DNA of 64,000 nt from Takakia lepidozioides (Eukaryota; Plantae; Bryophyta): positions 83,146,692 to 83,210,691 of the forward strand of contig CM060732.1 of the NCBI GenBank assembly GCA_030704615.1, written 5' to 3'. The position numbers were made by a program, and so were the translations under genes. Under the pieces are notes generated by a model, which did not search any database, was not told the DNA's origin, and worked only from the letters and a program-made list of their open reading frames with translations. Below are positions 11,134 to 23,570 of this stretch, piece after piece (within the stretch, counting starts at the first letter, position 1; each line of letters starts with the position of its first letter).

Positions 11134-11734
11134 ATAGGTACAGCTAACCCTGCTGCACCCCCCAAGTGTAGGGTAAAGGGGCCGGGGGGGGTGCCTTAGC
11201 CCAGACTTTGTTTGGTTTGGGCCTAGTGGATGGTCTGGAGGGAGGGCTGTGTGATGGTGGGGGCGGGTAGGTGGTGAGTAACATGCCATGGGTATCGGAC
11301 AGGAGATGATTGAGGCGAGTGGGAAAGTCTCGGGGTATGGAGGTATGGGAGGGATCTTGGACAAACAGAAGCAGGGTTAGAGTGGATTCCTTGTGGCGGA
11401 GGTATTTATAAGGGAAGGCAGGTTGTGCATATAGCGAAGATGGTTGGGTTCAATGGCGGCCAATGGTGTCACCTCAGGGGGAAGTTGTAGGAAGGGGTGT
11501 TGATGGTCAGGTGTCTTTGTTGTGTGAGTTTGATGATAGTGGTGGCGGAGGGGAGGAGTGGGCGGCAAGGCGCGCCCACTAAAGAGCCTCATGTGTGAGG
11601 GGCCCAGGTGGCGGATGTGCAAGGCCACCGCCGGATTAGGTGTGTTGATCAGTTGCGGAGTCGAGGGCTCCGAATACACAGTCTCAAGGGTGCGGGCTGT
11701 CATAAGAAGAGAGCTCAAGAGGGCAGGTGAGCAA
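11134..11734 (-). mobile_element. Decayed Dualen/RandI-like LINE fragment including part of a PCIF1-like methyltransferase domain
   Basis: LLTCPLELSSYDSPHP*DCVFGALDSATDQHT*SGGGLAHPPPGPLTHEAL*WARLAAHSSPSATTII, homologous to 50560-51600. Confidence 0.7.
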
Positions 11735-13248
11735 GGGGGAATGCCTCCGCGTGAGTCTGGCCGCGTGAGCGTGTGAGAGCGTGAGCGCAACCAGGCTTAC
11801 GCCACGTCAACAGTTCCCGCCACGTTGGTTCTCGCTAGCGTAGTTCACGCCACGTCATTCTCATAGGCATGGACCTATGACCGCGGACATAACATCGTGA
11901 AGGGGCCCTATAGCCGCGGACTTGAGCATTCTGCACATAAGTAACCATATTTGGGCGATGAGAAGAAGTGCAGAAGCAGCAGTAGGACAATAATTCCAAT
12001 TTGGATTCATTACTATCACAGCAGGTCCTGGATACAACAGCATGGGACACGGGTTTGGAGGAAGGACCACCGAATACAATTCTGCAGGCAATACAAGCAT
12101 TGGGCCAAGTGACAGCTAATGCGGCGCCGCATTTTGATGTCTACACTCATGTTGGCTGAAGTGGCAGGAGGCGGCGGGGCCTGACCGTTGGATAATGATG
12201 TTTGTCCGGCAGATTGCTACCTTTAACGATTCGAATTTCCTAATGACGCATAGTCCACGAGGAGACGTTTCCAGCCCAACCTTTCGAACCCAAGCGATGC
12301 ATCCCCGCCGTTTCATGTTCTTTTGTCGTGGTTGCTCATTCACCCCTCTTGCGCCCTTTCCATCTGCACTCATTGCCCATTTTCCGTGTCTCTGTTCTTC
12401 TTATGCTCCAACCTGAGAGGGAGGAAGTTCCTGCTCTAGAAAAGAGACATGGTTGCAAACTCCGCAAGTTGTACTTTGGGCCAAGGCCAATGCTAAAGGG
12501 GAAGAAGCAGATGCGTCTTCAGGAGGAGATGGTCATCGCGCTGCAGCAGGCAACGCAACCTCCAATGAGAGCTATGTGCTATCGGGATGCGTGCAGCTGA
12601 TCGAGCACCGAAACCCTCCCTCTTTTTTGTTGTGCAATTGTTAGACTGTATGATAGGACACTTGAATGCAGAAGATGTTTGCATGCCTAACTCGAAAGGT
12701 GGAGGTGGTGGAGGGATCGCAGGAATCCGAAGAGTCGCAGGAAGAATCCGTGGAGGTAGCTGCAGCACGCACACCCAGCCGATCCATGAGCACGGGTCTT
12801 CCTGTTGGGCCTAGCCCTGTGCATTTCAAGGACACGGTTTGGAAAGGCAAGGCTTTGAAGTTGAAAGCACAAGACAAAGACGCACGTTTGAAGTTCATGG
12901 ACAATTGCCAACAGGGGTCGTCCCCTTCTCCAGCAAAGAGCAAGAAGAAGTAGCACGTGCTTGAAGACATTTCCGAACCGGACCAGGCCGTCCCCCCCCC
13001 ACCCCCCCAAGAGAATGAAGCAGAAGGGGGCAGTGCAAATTCAAATGCAGCAGACACCTCCACCTGCAAAGATGAAGAAGCAGAAGGCAATTAGAGGGAG
13101 GGCGGAGCAGTCTCCCGCAAAACCGGTTCCACGAGCTGAAGCCCAGTTCCTGCTTGATTTTGAGACAGGTGATGTTGGCGGCGTCTCTGCTGCAGCCAAG
13201 GCAACGGGACCGACCAATGTCATCGATCTGTCAGCGGAGGAGGGTGCT
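11735..13248 (+). mobile_element. Second member of the SWIM-element family (terminus plus degraded N-terminal coding sequence), interrupted by a Gypsy LTR
   Basis: gggggaatgcctccgcgtgagtctggccgcgtgagcgtgtgag...gccacgtca...acctatgaccgcggac...ggcctatag matches the reverse complement of 7550-7760. Confidence 0.75.
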
Positions 13249-16085
13249 TGTCGCGCACCTCACTTCGGTAAGCTCCCCTTCAGGTCACTGTTGCTAGCTT
13301 GATGCGCGCGCCTAACTCCCAACCTGGCCGCCAGACCAACTTGGAGCTTCGGCTGCTCACCGGGGCATAACAATCCCCCTTTGAACTCCCAAAGAACCCT
13401 CCACCGATTTGGAACCAGCGGGAATTCCCTTTGGTAGTTGGCAGTCCGGAACAGCTCCCCACTCTTTGGTCGTTTTCCGGCTCGCTCGCTTACTCACTAG
13501 TTTTTGGTCACTAACGGGCTTGCACCGTTCTCGGGGTTACTACTCCCTATATATACTTCTGTAGCTGTCCGCGGGGGTTTCACAACCAGCCATCTCATTT
13601 TATGGCGAACCACCACGAAAACCCTCAACTCCCGGTGATGAGTCGCGGTGAGTCTTGGCCCACTCACCACGGCCCCTATGGACCGTGATGAGTCCCAAGA
13701 CTCCCCACGACTCCCACCACGAGGTCTCCGCCCCCATGGTGAGTCCTATGCCACCCCCACTAAGTCCTGCTAAGCTACCACCACCCCTTGTGGAGCCACC
13801 CCCACCGCAACCCGGTGTGCGGGCTCCACCTAGTGAGCGCCTCCGCCTCCTTGAGTGCCTTGGGCACTCAAGGGTGCTTCAGCCCCCCATACCTATCGCT
13901 GCCGCTGCCCCCACCACAGGGGCAGCCCCTCATGTGTCCTGACCCCCTGCCCTCAAGGCAAAGGGCCGCGACACACACCCCTACCAACAGGGAGTCGATG
14001 TCCTCATCGACTTGTCCATTTTGTAGAAACGAACATCCAAGTAGTGGCGTCCCACATCAAGGAGTTTGTTTCCGTACCTTGGCGTCCCATGACAAAGAAC
14101 CAAACCCCACACTTGACTCTATTCTCCACTAGCTAGTTCGACCGACTTCCTCCAAGTCCCGGCCAGGGGTGGAGCCTCTCAAGATCCTCCCAGTGCACTC
14201 TTCTTGGCGTTCTTCAAGGTCAAGGAACGATCCTCTCTGAGGATCGAATCACCTTACTGCAACAACATTGCTTGCGATCGCTCCTGATGCCGCTTTTGGC
14301 ATCACTTTGCGCAAGGATTCACCTCGAACCCCCTTTGACTATGAAGATAACCTTGAACCAACCGTGCGCCCCAATCACTACAATTGGGTCCGTCTTGGAA
14401 TGCTGGCCTGAGGTACGGGAACACGTCGAAGCCGCACTACGACTTCGTCCCGAGGCTACACGATTATAGTACGTGAACGGAAGCACATAGCTTCCGCGTT
14501 AGCCCGCACTACAAGGCAACCACCTCGGTAGCGCAGTTATAGTACGCGCACGCGCCAAGTGCGCACTAGCACGTGAACTCCCAAAGAAGGCGCATGTTTC
14601 CTTGCCCCTTGGATGGGAGTCACCCGATTTCGGCACTGCGCAAACACACGATTAACCCAATTTACCTCTCCCACTTTTGTAAGCTAGCATGCATTCTACA
14701 CACTAATCTTTGAAGTAAGGCTTCAAAAGGGAGACGTGAAATACTGGATGCACCTTGCTGTTTGCTGGCAGCTCCAATTCATACACATCCTCATTCATAA
14801 CCTTCCGGATGCAAAAGGGTCCCACATACGGAGGTACGAATTTTGGACTCACTTCCGGAGGTAGTCGGAAATTCTTGATGTTCAACCAGACCTCCGTGCC
14901 TGCCTCAAACTTCACTTCCCTCCGCTTCCGATTCGCCTACCTTTCATACCGTTTCCTCCCTTTGGCAATGTTGTATTTTGCAAGCTTCAACAAACGCTCG
15001 CGTTCTTCCAATACCGCCGCTACTGCCGGTTCCTCAACGTCCTGGGCGGCCCAACTTGTCGGCACCAGAGGTGCTTTTCCATAGACCAATACGAAAGGGG
15101 AAACTCCCGTTGCGGAGTGTTCTGTGTTATTATAACAGAACTCTACCGCGTCTAAGTGTTCCACCCAGTCTGATTGGTCTGCCGACACGTAATTCCGCAA
15201 GATCTGCTTCACTACGGAATTCACTCTTTCCGTTTGGCCGTCGGTCGTAGGTCGGAAGGCGGTGCTCATCTTCGGCCTCGTCCCCATGTTCTTCCAAAGT
15301 GTCCTCCAAAATTTACTCGTAAACTTTGGATCGTGGTCCGAGACAATATCCTTCGGGACTCCATGATGTTTTAAGACGTGGGCGAAGTAAAGTCGCCCTG
15401 TCTCTTGCGCCGTTGCCGTCTCCTTGGTGGGGATGAAATGGCCCATTTTACTGAACCTATCCACCACCACCATGATTGCATCGAATCTTTTTGACAGCGG
15501 CATAGCAGTCATGAAATCCATCGAGACGCTTTCCCAAGTCCCCTATGGAATCGGCAAGGGTTGTAACAGCCCCGCTTGCTTTTTGTACTTGCTCCGGTTT
15601 TGTTGGCATGTGGTGCATGTCTTGACATACTCCTCTGCCTCCTCCCTCAGTTTGGGCCAGAAATACTCTTTCTTCAAGAGTGCCGCAGTGCGCTTGGCTC
15701 CGCCGTGGCCCGCAAGCGGGCTATCATGGCATTATCTCAAGAGACTATCTCTGATCCCTCCCTTCGGCACGTAGAGACGCTTTTGCTTATACCGGAGCAG
15801 TCCATTTTGCAAGTGGAATTGCGATTTAACCCCCCTCCTCAAGTCCTGCATCACGGACTTCGCCAGCTCATCCTTCTGGCAAGCCTTCGGGATCTTCCTT
15901 TGGAGCGTCGTCTCGCCCCTGTACACCAACAGGAGCTGCTGCTTTCTACTTAAAGCAACGGCCACCACATTGTCACGTCCCGGTTTGTATTGGATATCCA
16001 CGTCAAACACCGCCAAAGTATCTTGCCACCTAAGTTGTTTTGGGGACAACTTGGGCTGCGTGGCAAAATACTTTACCGTAACATT
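13249..16085 (-). mobile_element. Truncated Ty3/Gypsy chromovirus copy (3' LTR 13249-13973, 3' UTR, integrase and RNase H end), same family as 53329-62221
   Basis: Near-identical reverse complement of 57108-58487 and 60760-62221; an internal deletion removes the chromodomain; premature stops present. Confidence 0.95.
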
Positions 16086-16489
16086 AAGCTCAAGTTCTTC
16101 CCTTCCCATGCAGATCCGAAATGCGGTGCCGCATTCTTTTTTCCAATCTGTTTTGTTTCCGCCCTTCAGTGGACTGAATTGGAGAGTGGGCCTTGTAGGG
16201 TCACTGAAAATGCGTACGTATATATCCATATGGCACATATGCTGTACAGGGTGAGGAAAACTGGTCTCACTGACCCGCACATGTTCGCCGAAATGCTGGA
16301 GCCTGAGCTCATTCAAAAAGCCATGGCTAAAACAGACCGGATATGGTATCGGCTCACTATGGATGGAATGATAGAGGTGATATACGAAGTAAGTCATCCT
16401 CCCATTTTCCTCTCCTGATCCTTCCCCAATTTCTAGTCATCTGTCCACATGGATTGTATGTAATGCTTCTGCATGTTGTTCTTTGCAGT

Positions 16490-17593
16490 AAAAAAAATGG
16501 CGCCGAATTTCCGATTTTGCTGCCAGCCACCCGAAGGACTTAGCCATTTTCGGCCCCGAACTGGAAAAATGACTCCATTTTTCCAGTTCAGGGCCAAAAA
16601 TGGCTAAGTCCCAGATCTGACAGGGCGCGGAACTGGAAAAATGGTGCCGAATTTCCGGTTGCGGTTTTAGCCACCCTAGGGACTTGGCCATTTTCGGGGC
16701 CTTAAACTGGAAAAATGGCGCCATTTTTCCATTTCGGGGCCGAAAATGGCTAAGTCCCAGATCTGACTGGGCCCGGAACTGGAAAAATGGCGCCGAATTT
16801 CCGATTTTGGTGCCAGTCAGATCTGGGACATAGCCATTTTCGGCCCCGAACTGGAAAAATGGCGTTTTGTTTTTTTTTTTTTTTTTTGTTTTTTTTTTCG
16901 GCGCCATTTTTCCAGTTCGGGGCCAAAAATGGCTAAGTCCCAGATCTTACTGGGCCCGGAACGAGAAAAATGGCGCCGAATTTCCGATTTTGGTGCCAGC
17001 CACCCTAGGGACAGCCATTTTCGGCCCCGAACTGGAAAAATGGCGCCATTTTTCCAGTTCGGGGCCGAAAATGGCTAAGTCCCAGATCTGATAGGGCGCG
17101 GAACTGGAAAAATGGTGCCGAATTTCCAGTTGCGGTTCCAGCCACCGTAGGGACTTAGCCATTTTCGGGGCCCTGAACTAAAAAAAATGGCGCCATTTTT
17201 CCAGTTCGGGGTCGAAAATGGCTAAGTCCCAGATCTGATAGGGCGCGGAACTGGAAAAATGATGCCGAATTTCCAGTTGCGGTTCCAGCCACCGTAGGGA
17301 CTTAGCCATTTTCGGGGCCCTGAACTAAAAAAAATGGCGCCATTTTTCCATTTCGGGGCCGAAAATGGCTAAGTCCTAGATCTGACTGGCCCAGAACTGG
17401 AAAAATGGCGCCGAATTTCCGATTTTGGTGCCATTCAGATCTGGGACTTAGCCGTTTTCGGCCCCGAACTGGAAAAATGGCGTTTTTTTTTTTGTTTTTT
17501 TTTTCGGCGCCATTTTTCCAGTTCGGGGCCGAAAATGGCTAAGTCCCAGATCTGACTGGCACCAGAATCAGAAATTCGGCGCCATTTTTCCAG
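16490..17593. repeat. Satellite A: palindrome-rich tandem array
   Basis: Units built from gaactggaaaaatggcgccatttttccagttc and ggctaagtcccagatctg; perfect 64-bp palindrome at 17013-17076. Confidence 0.95.
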
Positions 17594-18520
17594 TCATGCA
17601 GGTAATTCGAAGAGCGGATGGATGGAAATCCGGCGCCGGATTTCCATCCGCCAGGTAAGTCGGCGCGCAAAATTTCCGTCATGCAGGTAATTCAAAGAGT
17701 GGATGGATGGAAATCCGGCGCCGGATTTCCATCCTCCAGGTAAGTCGGCGCTGCAAATTTCTGTCATGCAGGTTACTTGTGAGCGGATGGATGGAAATCC
17801 GGCGCATGATTTCCATCCGCCAGGTACAAAATTTCCGTCATGCAGGTAATTCGGAGCGCGGATGGATGGAAATCTGGCGACAGATTTCCATCCTCCAGGT
17901 AAGTCGGCGCGCAAAATTTCCGTCATGCAGGTAATTCGAAGAGCGGATGGATGGAAATCCGGCGCCGGATTTCCATCCGCCAGCTAAGTTGGCGCGCAAA
18001 ATTTCCGTCATGCAGGTAATTTGAAGAGCGGATGGATGGAAATCCGGCGCCGGATTTCCATCCGCCAGGTAGGTCAGCGCGCAAAATTTCCATCATGCAG
18101 GTAATTCGGAGCGCGGATGGATGGAAATCCGGCGCCGGATTTCCATCCGCCAGCTAAGTCGGAGCGCGGCCGGATGGAAATCCGGCGCCGAATTTCCATC
18201 CTGTAGGTAACTCGGAGCGCCGAATTTCCGTCAGGCAGGTAATTCGGAGGGCGGATGGATGGAAATCCGAAGCTGAATTTCCATCCTGCAGGTAACTCGG
18301 AGCGCCGAATTTCCGTCATGCAGGTAATTCGGAGAGCGGATGGATGGAAATCCGGTGCCGAATTTCCATCCTGCAAGTAATTTGGAGCCCGGATGGACGG
18401 AAATCCGGCACCGAATTTCCATCCAGCAGGTACCTTGGATCGTTACTGGATGGAAATTCGGCGCCGAATTTCCATCCGCCAGGTAAGTCGAAGCGCCGAA
18501 TTACCATCCTGCAGGTAATT
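17594..18520. repeat. Satellite B: ~85-bp tandem units with a 30-bp palindrome
   Basis: gcaggtaattc recurs at 17598 and 17683; core ggatggaaatccggcgccggatttccatcc. Confidence 0.95.
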
Positions 18521-18639
18521 ATGAGCGTGGCCGCTAGGTTTTTGGTCTAAAAAGACACTAAACCTTTAGTTTTTAGGCTGAAGTCCACTTTTAGACACGT
18601 TTTTTCAGGGAATTCTCGACTGCTAGGGGGAAATCCGAA

Positions 18640-19690
18640 CGGCCCCGGACGGAAATTCGGCGCCGTTTTTCCATCCTGGGAGGTTTTTATGTCGGCCCGT
18701 TTTCAGCCAGACCCCCTGACACGACTTCCTTTGGGGGGGCCCGGATGGAAATTCGGCGCCAAATTTCCATTCGGGGGATGCTCTCTATCGGACAGGTGCC
18801 GGCCTCTCCGCCCGAAGCGACTTCATCCGGGCGTCCTCTGTTGGAAATTCGGTGCCGAATTTCCGTCCGGGGGTTGTAATTTGACGGCCAGGTGCCGCCC
18901 TCTCCCCCCGAGCCGACTGCATTCGAACAGCCCCGGATGGAAATTCGGCGCCGTTTTTCCATCCGGGGAGGTTTTTATGTCGGCCACTTTTCGGCTTGAC
19001 CCCCCGACAAGACTTCCTTTGTGGGGGCCCGGATGGAAATTCGGCGCCGAATTTCCATCCGGGAGATGCTCTCTATCGGACAGGTGCCGGCCTCTCCGCC
19101 CAAGGCGACTTCATCCGAGCGTCCCCTGTTGGATATTCGGTGCCGAATTTCCGTCCAGGGGTTGTAATGTGACGGCCAGGTGCCGACCTCTCCCCCCGAG
19201 CCGATTGCATCCGAACGGCCCCGGATGGAAATTCGGCGTTGTTTTTCCATTCGGGGAGGTTTTTATGTCGGCCAGTTTTCGGCCTGACCTCCCGACAAGA
19301 CTTCCTTTGGGGGGGCCCGGACGGAAATTCGGCGCCGAATTTCCATCCGGGGGATGCTCTCTGTCGGACAGGTGCCGGCCTCTCCGCCCGAGGCGACTTC
19401 ATCCGGGCGTCCCCTGTTGGATATTCGGTGCCAATTTTTCGTCCGGGGGTTGTAATGTGACGGCCAGGTGCCGGCCTCTCCCCCCGGGCCGACTGCATCC
19501 GAACAGCCCCGGATGGAAATTCGGTGCCGTTTTTCCATCCGGAGAGGTTTTTATGTCGGCCAGTTTTCAGCCTAACCCCCCGACAGGACTTCCTTTGGGG
19601 GGCCCGGATGGAAATTCGGCTCTGAATTTCCATCTGGGGGATGTTCTCTGTCGGACAGGTGCCGGCCTCTCTGCCCGAGGCGACTTCAAC
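18640..19690. repeat. Satellite C: ~3.5 tandem units of 288 bp
   Basis: atgtcggcc at 18689, 18977, 19265 and 19553; each unit holds several ggaaattcggcgccg(a/t) cores. Confidence 0.95.
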
Positions 19691-20489
19691 CGGGCGGGCC
19701 TGCTGCTCTCTGCTCCATTTTCCTATCTAGGTCTGTTAGTGTGGGATGGTTGTATGGTGGACTCATCATTGTTCAGACTGCATGAAAGGGGGCAAGCAGA
19801 ATATGCAATATCGTCGTCAAGTAAGAAGAAAACTAGCATCAATATGGTTGCCCTAGAAATACAAACAAAATAGGCCCTGTAGACTTGTGGACTTAAAGTC
19901 AGATCCTTGAAAATCTCTTGTACCTGAACGAGATGTGGTGTTGTGAAACGTGATGAATGCATGATATGCACAGGAGGGGTGCGGGATGAAGGCTTTGGCA
20001 TAAAGACCTATGAGCAAATGATGCGGTAAGGGTTGAAGTTGGACTAGATCATGTTCATTTGTGTTTAATGTAATGCATGAACGACCATGCAAACAGCCCT
20101 CCAAAAAGGCAAAGAGGTCCATGGTGATGTTGTCAAAGCTACGATTGTATCAGGTGTCATTTAGAACAGTACCAACGTTAACATGTATGCCAAATGTGGG
20201 AGCAACGAGAATTGTTATTATTATTATTATTATTATTTCTTTTGTTTGTCTAAGCAGGGAGAGAGCAGCAGCTGCTGCTACTGTCTCTCTCCCCCTACTT
20301 AGGCCAAGGAAGATTGGGGAGGGAGAGAGGAGCAGCAGCAGCAGTTGCTGCACACAAATCCCCCCCGTTTCTTTTTTAATTTTTTCTTCTTGTTTTGGCC
20401 TAAGTGGAAACAGCAGCGGCAGCATCACAATTGTAGAACAAGACACTGCTAATGAAGGCACCTTCCTCAACACATTTCAGCCTGTTTTT

Positions 20490-20799
20490 AACAATTTTAT
20501 CAATGAAAAATATTTTTTCTACTAATTTTTATTTGTTACACAAGTTATTTTGAAATTGTTAAAAATTTGATCTATAATTTGTCCATAAATTTGTATTAAA
20601 AATTATACATAAATAAAGGGTTTGTTATATTATGAATGAACACATGAATACATACAACAGGGTGTTGTTATTTATTAATTTGTTTTTATATAAATATTTT
20701 AGGGGTTTTAATATACTCTTAAAAATATATATACATATGATAAATTCATGACTTAAGCTATATACGGGGGTATTTTATATTGGCCGATGCACGCACGTG
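20490..20799. mobile_element. Second putative CACTA-like terminus (AT-rich, ends CACGCACGTG)
   Basis: tatacggggg...cacgcacgtg-ata as at 11090-11136; preceded at 20410-20490 by a sequence shared, inverted, with 9170-9245. Confidence 0.45.
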
Positions 20800-20809
20800 A
20801 TATGGTCTT

Positions 20810-22310
20810 TTTATGAAGAGTGCACCACTCAGGACCCTACACGACATAACCTCCTATGGCGCCCCCCTTGTATACCTGGGGCTTACTTCCCCCAAATACC
20901 CACCAGTCCACTCACACTACACAGATGGCTCCCTCTTCGGCTCCCATGCCGGATATGACATCTACTATGCCGCCACAAACAAAGGGGCTGCCCACTGACT
21001 CCCAGACCCCGCAACCATACTCCGTGCAGTACTTATGGCTATTTTTGAAGCTCTTTCACAATTAGCCTCGTTTCCTCCACCATACTACATTTTCACGGAT
21101 AGCCTACCTTCACTCTTTCTACTTCGTAACCACCTTGTTTGTCCTTCCTCCCACCACCACCACCCTGATCGTAATCTTATCTCCGCTATTATCAACCGCG
21201 CTATCTCCATCGATAAACCCATTCATTTTCTCAAAGTTAGATCACATACCGGTATTAATGGCAACCAAGAGGCCGACCTCCTCGCCTAGATGGGGGCCTC
21301 CAAGCCCCCAGTTGAACCCTCGGATGACCCCATCCACATTGCTCATGCACATCCCTTTTGGCTGATTCACTCGGTTTTAGACCCCCCAGAACCCCGGCCG
21401 ATCCGGAACCTTCTTACTACCCTGATTAAAGAAGCCAACAAACAAGCCGCAGCTTCTCTCAGCCACACCAAACTACATAAACAACAATAGACACACTCCA
21501 CAGTACTCCACGACAAACTGACAAATCACTTCTGGCACACTCTAGCCGCATCTGACGCGCAAATACGACAAACACTTAAATTCAGATACACCCCGTACAT
21601 GGGCCACCAGCAAAAGCACACCTTCTGGCCAACCATACACCCTTCTCCACATTGCCCACTCTGCTCCCACATCTACGCGACATGCAATACCTAGCCCTAT
21701 CTCCTTAGCGAATGTCCCCATCTCGTCATCCACGGGCTCCGTATTGCCAGGCACAACCATACCGTATGACATATCCATAAACTCATATTGCGCCGTAATG
21801 AAACTCGATGGGTCTCACTCATCAATGCTGGCACCTACCAAGGCAGACCACCCGACCATATTACGGTTCCCACATGGCTATTCCCATGTGTATGCGGTCG
21901 ACGCATCTTGCACATGCCTTGCCAGACTGTGCCCGAATATTCTGCTACTCTAGGGACTCCCCATAAACGCCCCCCCACCCACTGCCCCATCCCAAACCCT
22001 CACCATTCACTTCATAGAATTCACATACTGCCACGATCGCTTCACCCTCGAAAAACGCCAAAATTATGCACCACTTATCCTCACTATCCGACGGCGGGGA
22101 TGGGCCACAGGCCCACTTACTGTCATCACTGCCGGCACCAGAGGGGGCATCCATAATGCCAACATCTCTGCACTTCAAAACAACTTTAAATTCCCCATCA
22201 CTTCTATCCATAAATGCTTTAGAGCCATACACCTCATGACGCTTCGTTCACTACTATCATTACCAACAAACGTCGGCTTGAATCCAACCCTCATCGTGCT
22301 TCCTAGGTAT
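20810..22310 (+). mobile_element. 3' part of a decayed Dualen/RandI-like LINE: RNase H, CCHC zinc finger, restriction-like endonuclease
   Basis: RNase H: HSHYTDGS...YIFTDSL...FLKVRSHTGINGNQEADLLA. Zinc finger: HCPLCS...ECPH...ARHN. RLE, PD-(D/E)xK-like: RLCPNILLL...FIEFTYCHDRF...GW...VITAGTRGGIH. Confidence 0.8.
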
Positions 22311-23570
22311 CTTGGGCGTCTTTGGGTACCCATTGGGTACCACGTGGTACCCTTAGCTCCACGGGTACCATCTTTCAGCAGATTACTGGGTGTCCCCTGG
22401 ACACCATTTTTCTCATAGGGCCCACCCCTGAAAAGGGGCAGTAGCTGCAACGCAAAGTGGCTCTTAGTTACGCCGGCTTCGGCCAGAGTCTTCTCTCTCT
22501 GACTCAAGCATCTCCCAGGATGCAACCCAAAAATGGGCAGATTTCAAATCTGAGGTAAATTTGGAAGAATCCAAAAATTCCTTTGCCATTCTCTGTGCAT
22601 TGTTGCAGAGCACAACATCACCGTAGGAATAAGTTGTGAGGTAAAAAATGAGGACCCCATAGGACATATTGTAAACTATTGTACTAGGAGTGCATTTTGA
22701 ACCCCCCCAATTTGACATACAAAGGATCCCCCAACAAGATTTGGGGGTATGGGGCTGCAATTTCATTCCTACATCGTGTGAGTGCCCAGGAATCAGAGTA
22801 TGTAGGGCATTTGCACAGGAAAAATCAAGAACCCCCACTTCCAGCTTGGTCAAAGCATTTTTTTGGGTCGAATTAGTGGGCATGTGGAAAAATCACATTA
22901 GAATTTTCTTATAATCTGCCAATTGCAACAGTGAAAGTCTCTGAAAAATCAGGGGCAGATGGATGTAGTAGGTAGGAACATTTCTGTAAGGTCACTTTCT
23001 GTGGATGATTCATGGCAGGAAGTTATGGCATCATCCATGCCACTATGTATCCTTTTTGGGCTGACCCACCAAAACGGTGGTCGTCGCTTAAGGGTTAATT
23101 TTGAACAAAAACAGGCACACATGCACTCTTCCTTGCAGTGTCTACTTTTGAAGACTGCAACACCCTTTAGCTTGCAAAAATGCTCCGTATGAAGGGCAGA
23201 AAAATCAGGGCCCTTCAAAAGAAAGGCTAGATAAAATCTGAACCTTTCATCATGAAGGGCTAAACAAAAAAAAAACTTGCAAATGAAAGTCTAAGTTTAA
23301 TAACGAAGGATTCAAGCCTCAATGTGCAAGTGCTTAATAATGAAGGTACAAGTGCTTAAACCCATCCATTGCCCAAGTTGCAATAGCCATTGGAGGTTCC
23401 AAATTCCAATGGCTATTCCAGTTTTGCCAATGTGCCAAATTCCATTGCCATTGCGTGGGCCCTACATGCTCCACCGCGTACTGCCAACAGCAAAATGTGT
23501 GTGTTGTATGGCTATGGCTTACTTTCTAAGTCCTTAGTCCATGTGACCTACCCTACCTGGGCATATTGTT

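Noticed and set aside
15732-16397. 221-aa minus-strand ORF as a novel fusion gene
   Set aside because: Chance read-through across the broken Gypsy junction at 16085
16490-18520. CRISPR-like palindromic repeat array
   Set aside because: The intervening sequences are themselves repeated rather than unique spacers, there are no cas genes, and the context is eukaryotic
18689-19873. 394-aa ORF made of 96-aa repeats
   Set aside because: Product of a GC-rich 288-bp satellite whose length is divisible by 3; open frames also occur on the opposite strand and no domain is recognisable
22320-22375. Cluster of GGTACC palindromes (gggtaccacgtggtaccc)
   Set aside because: Short, single occurrence at a TE junction; no boundaries or function can be supported
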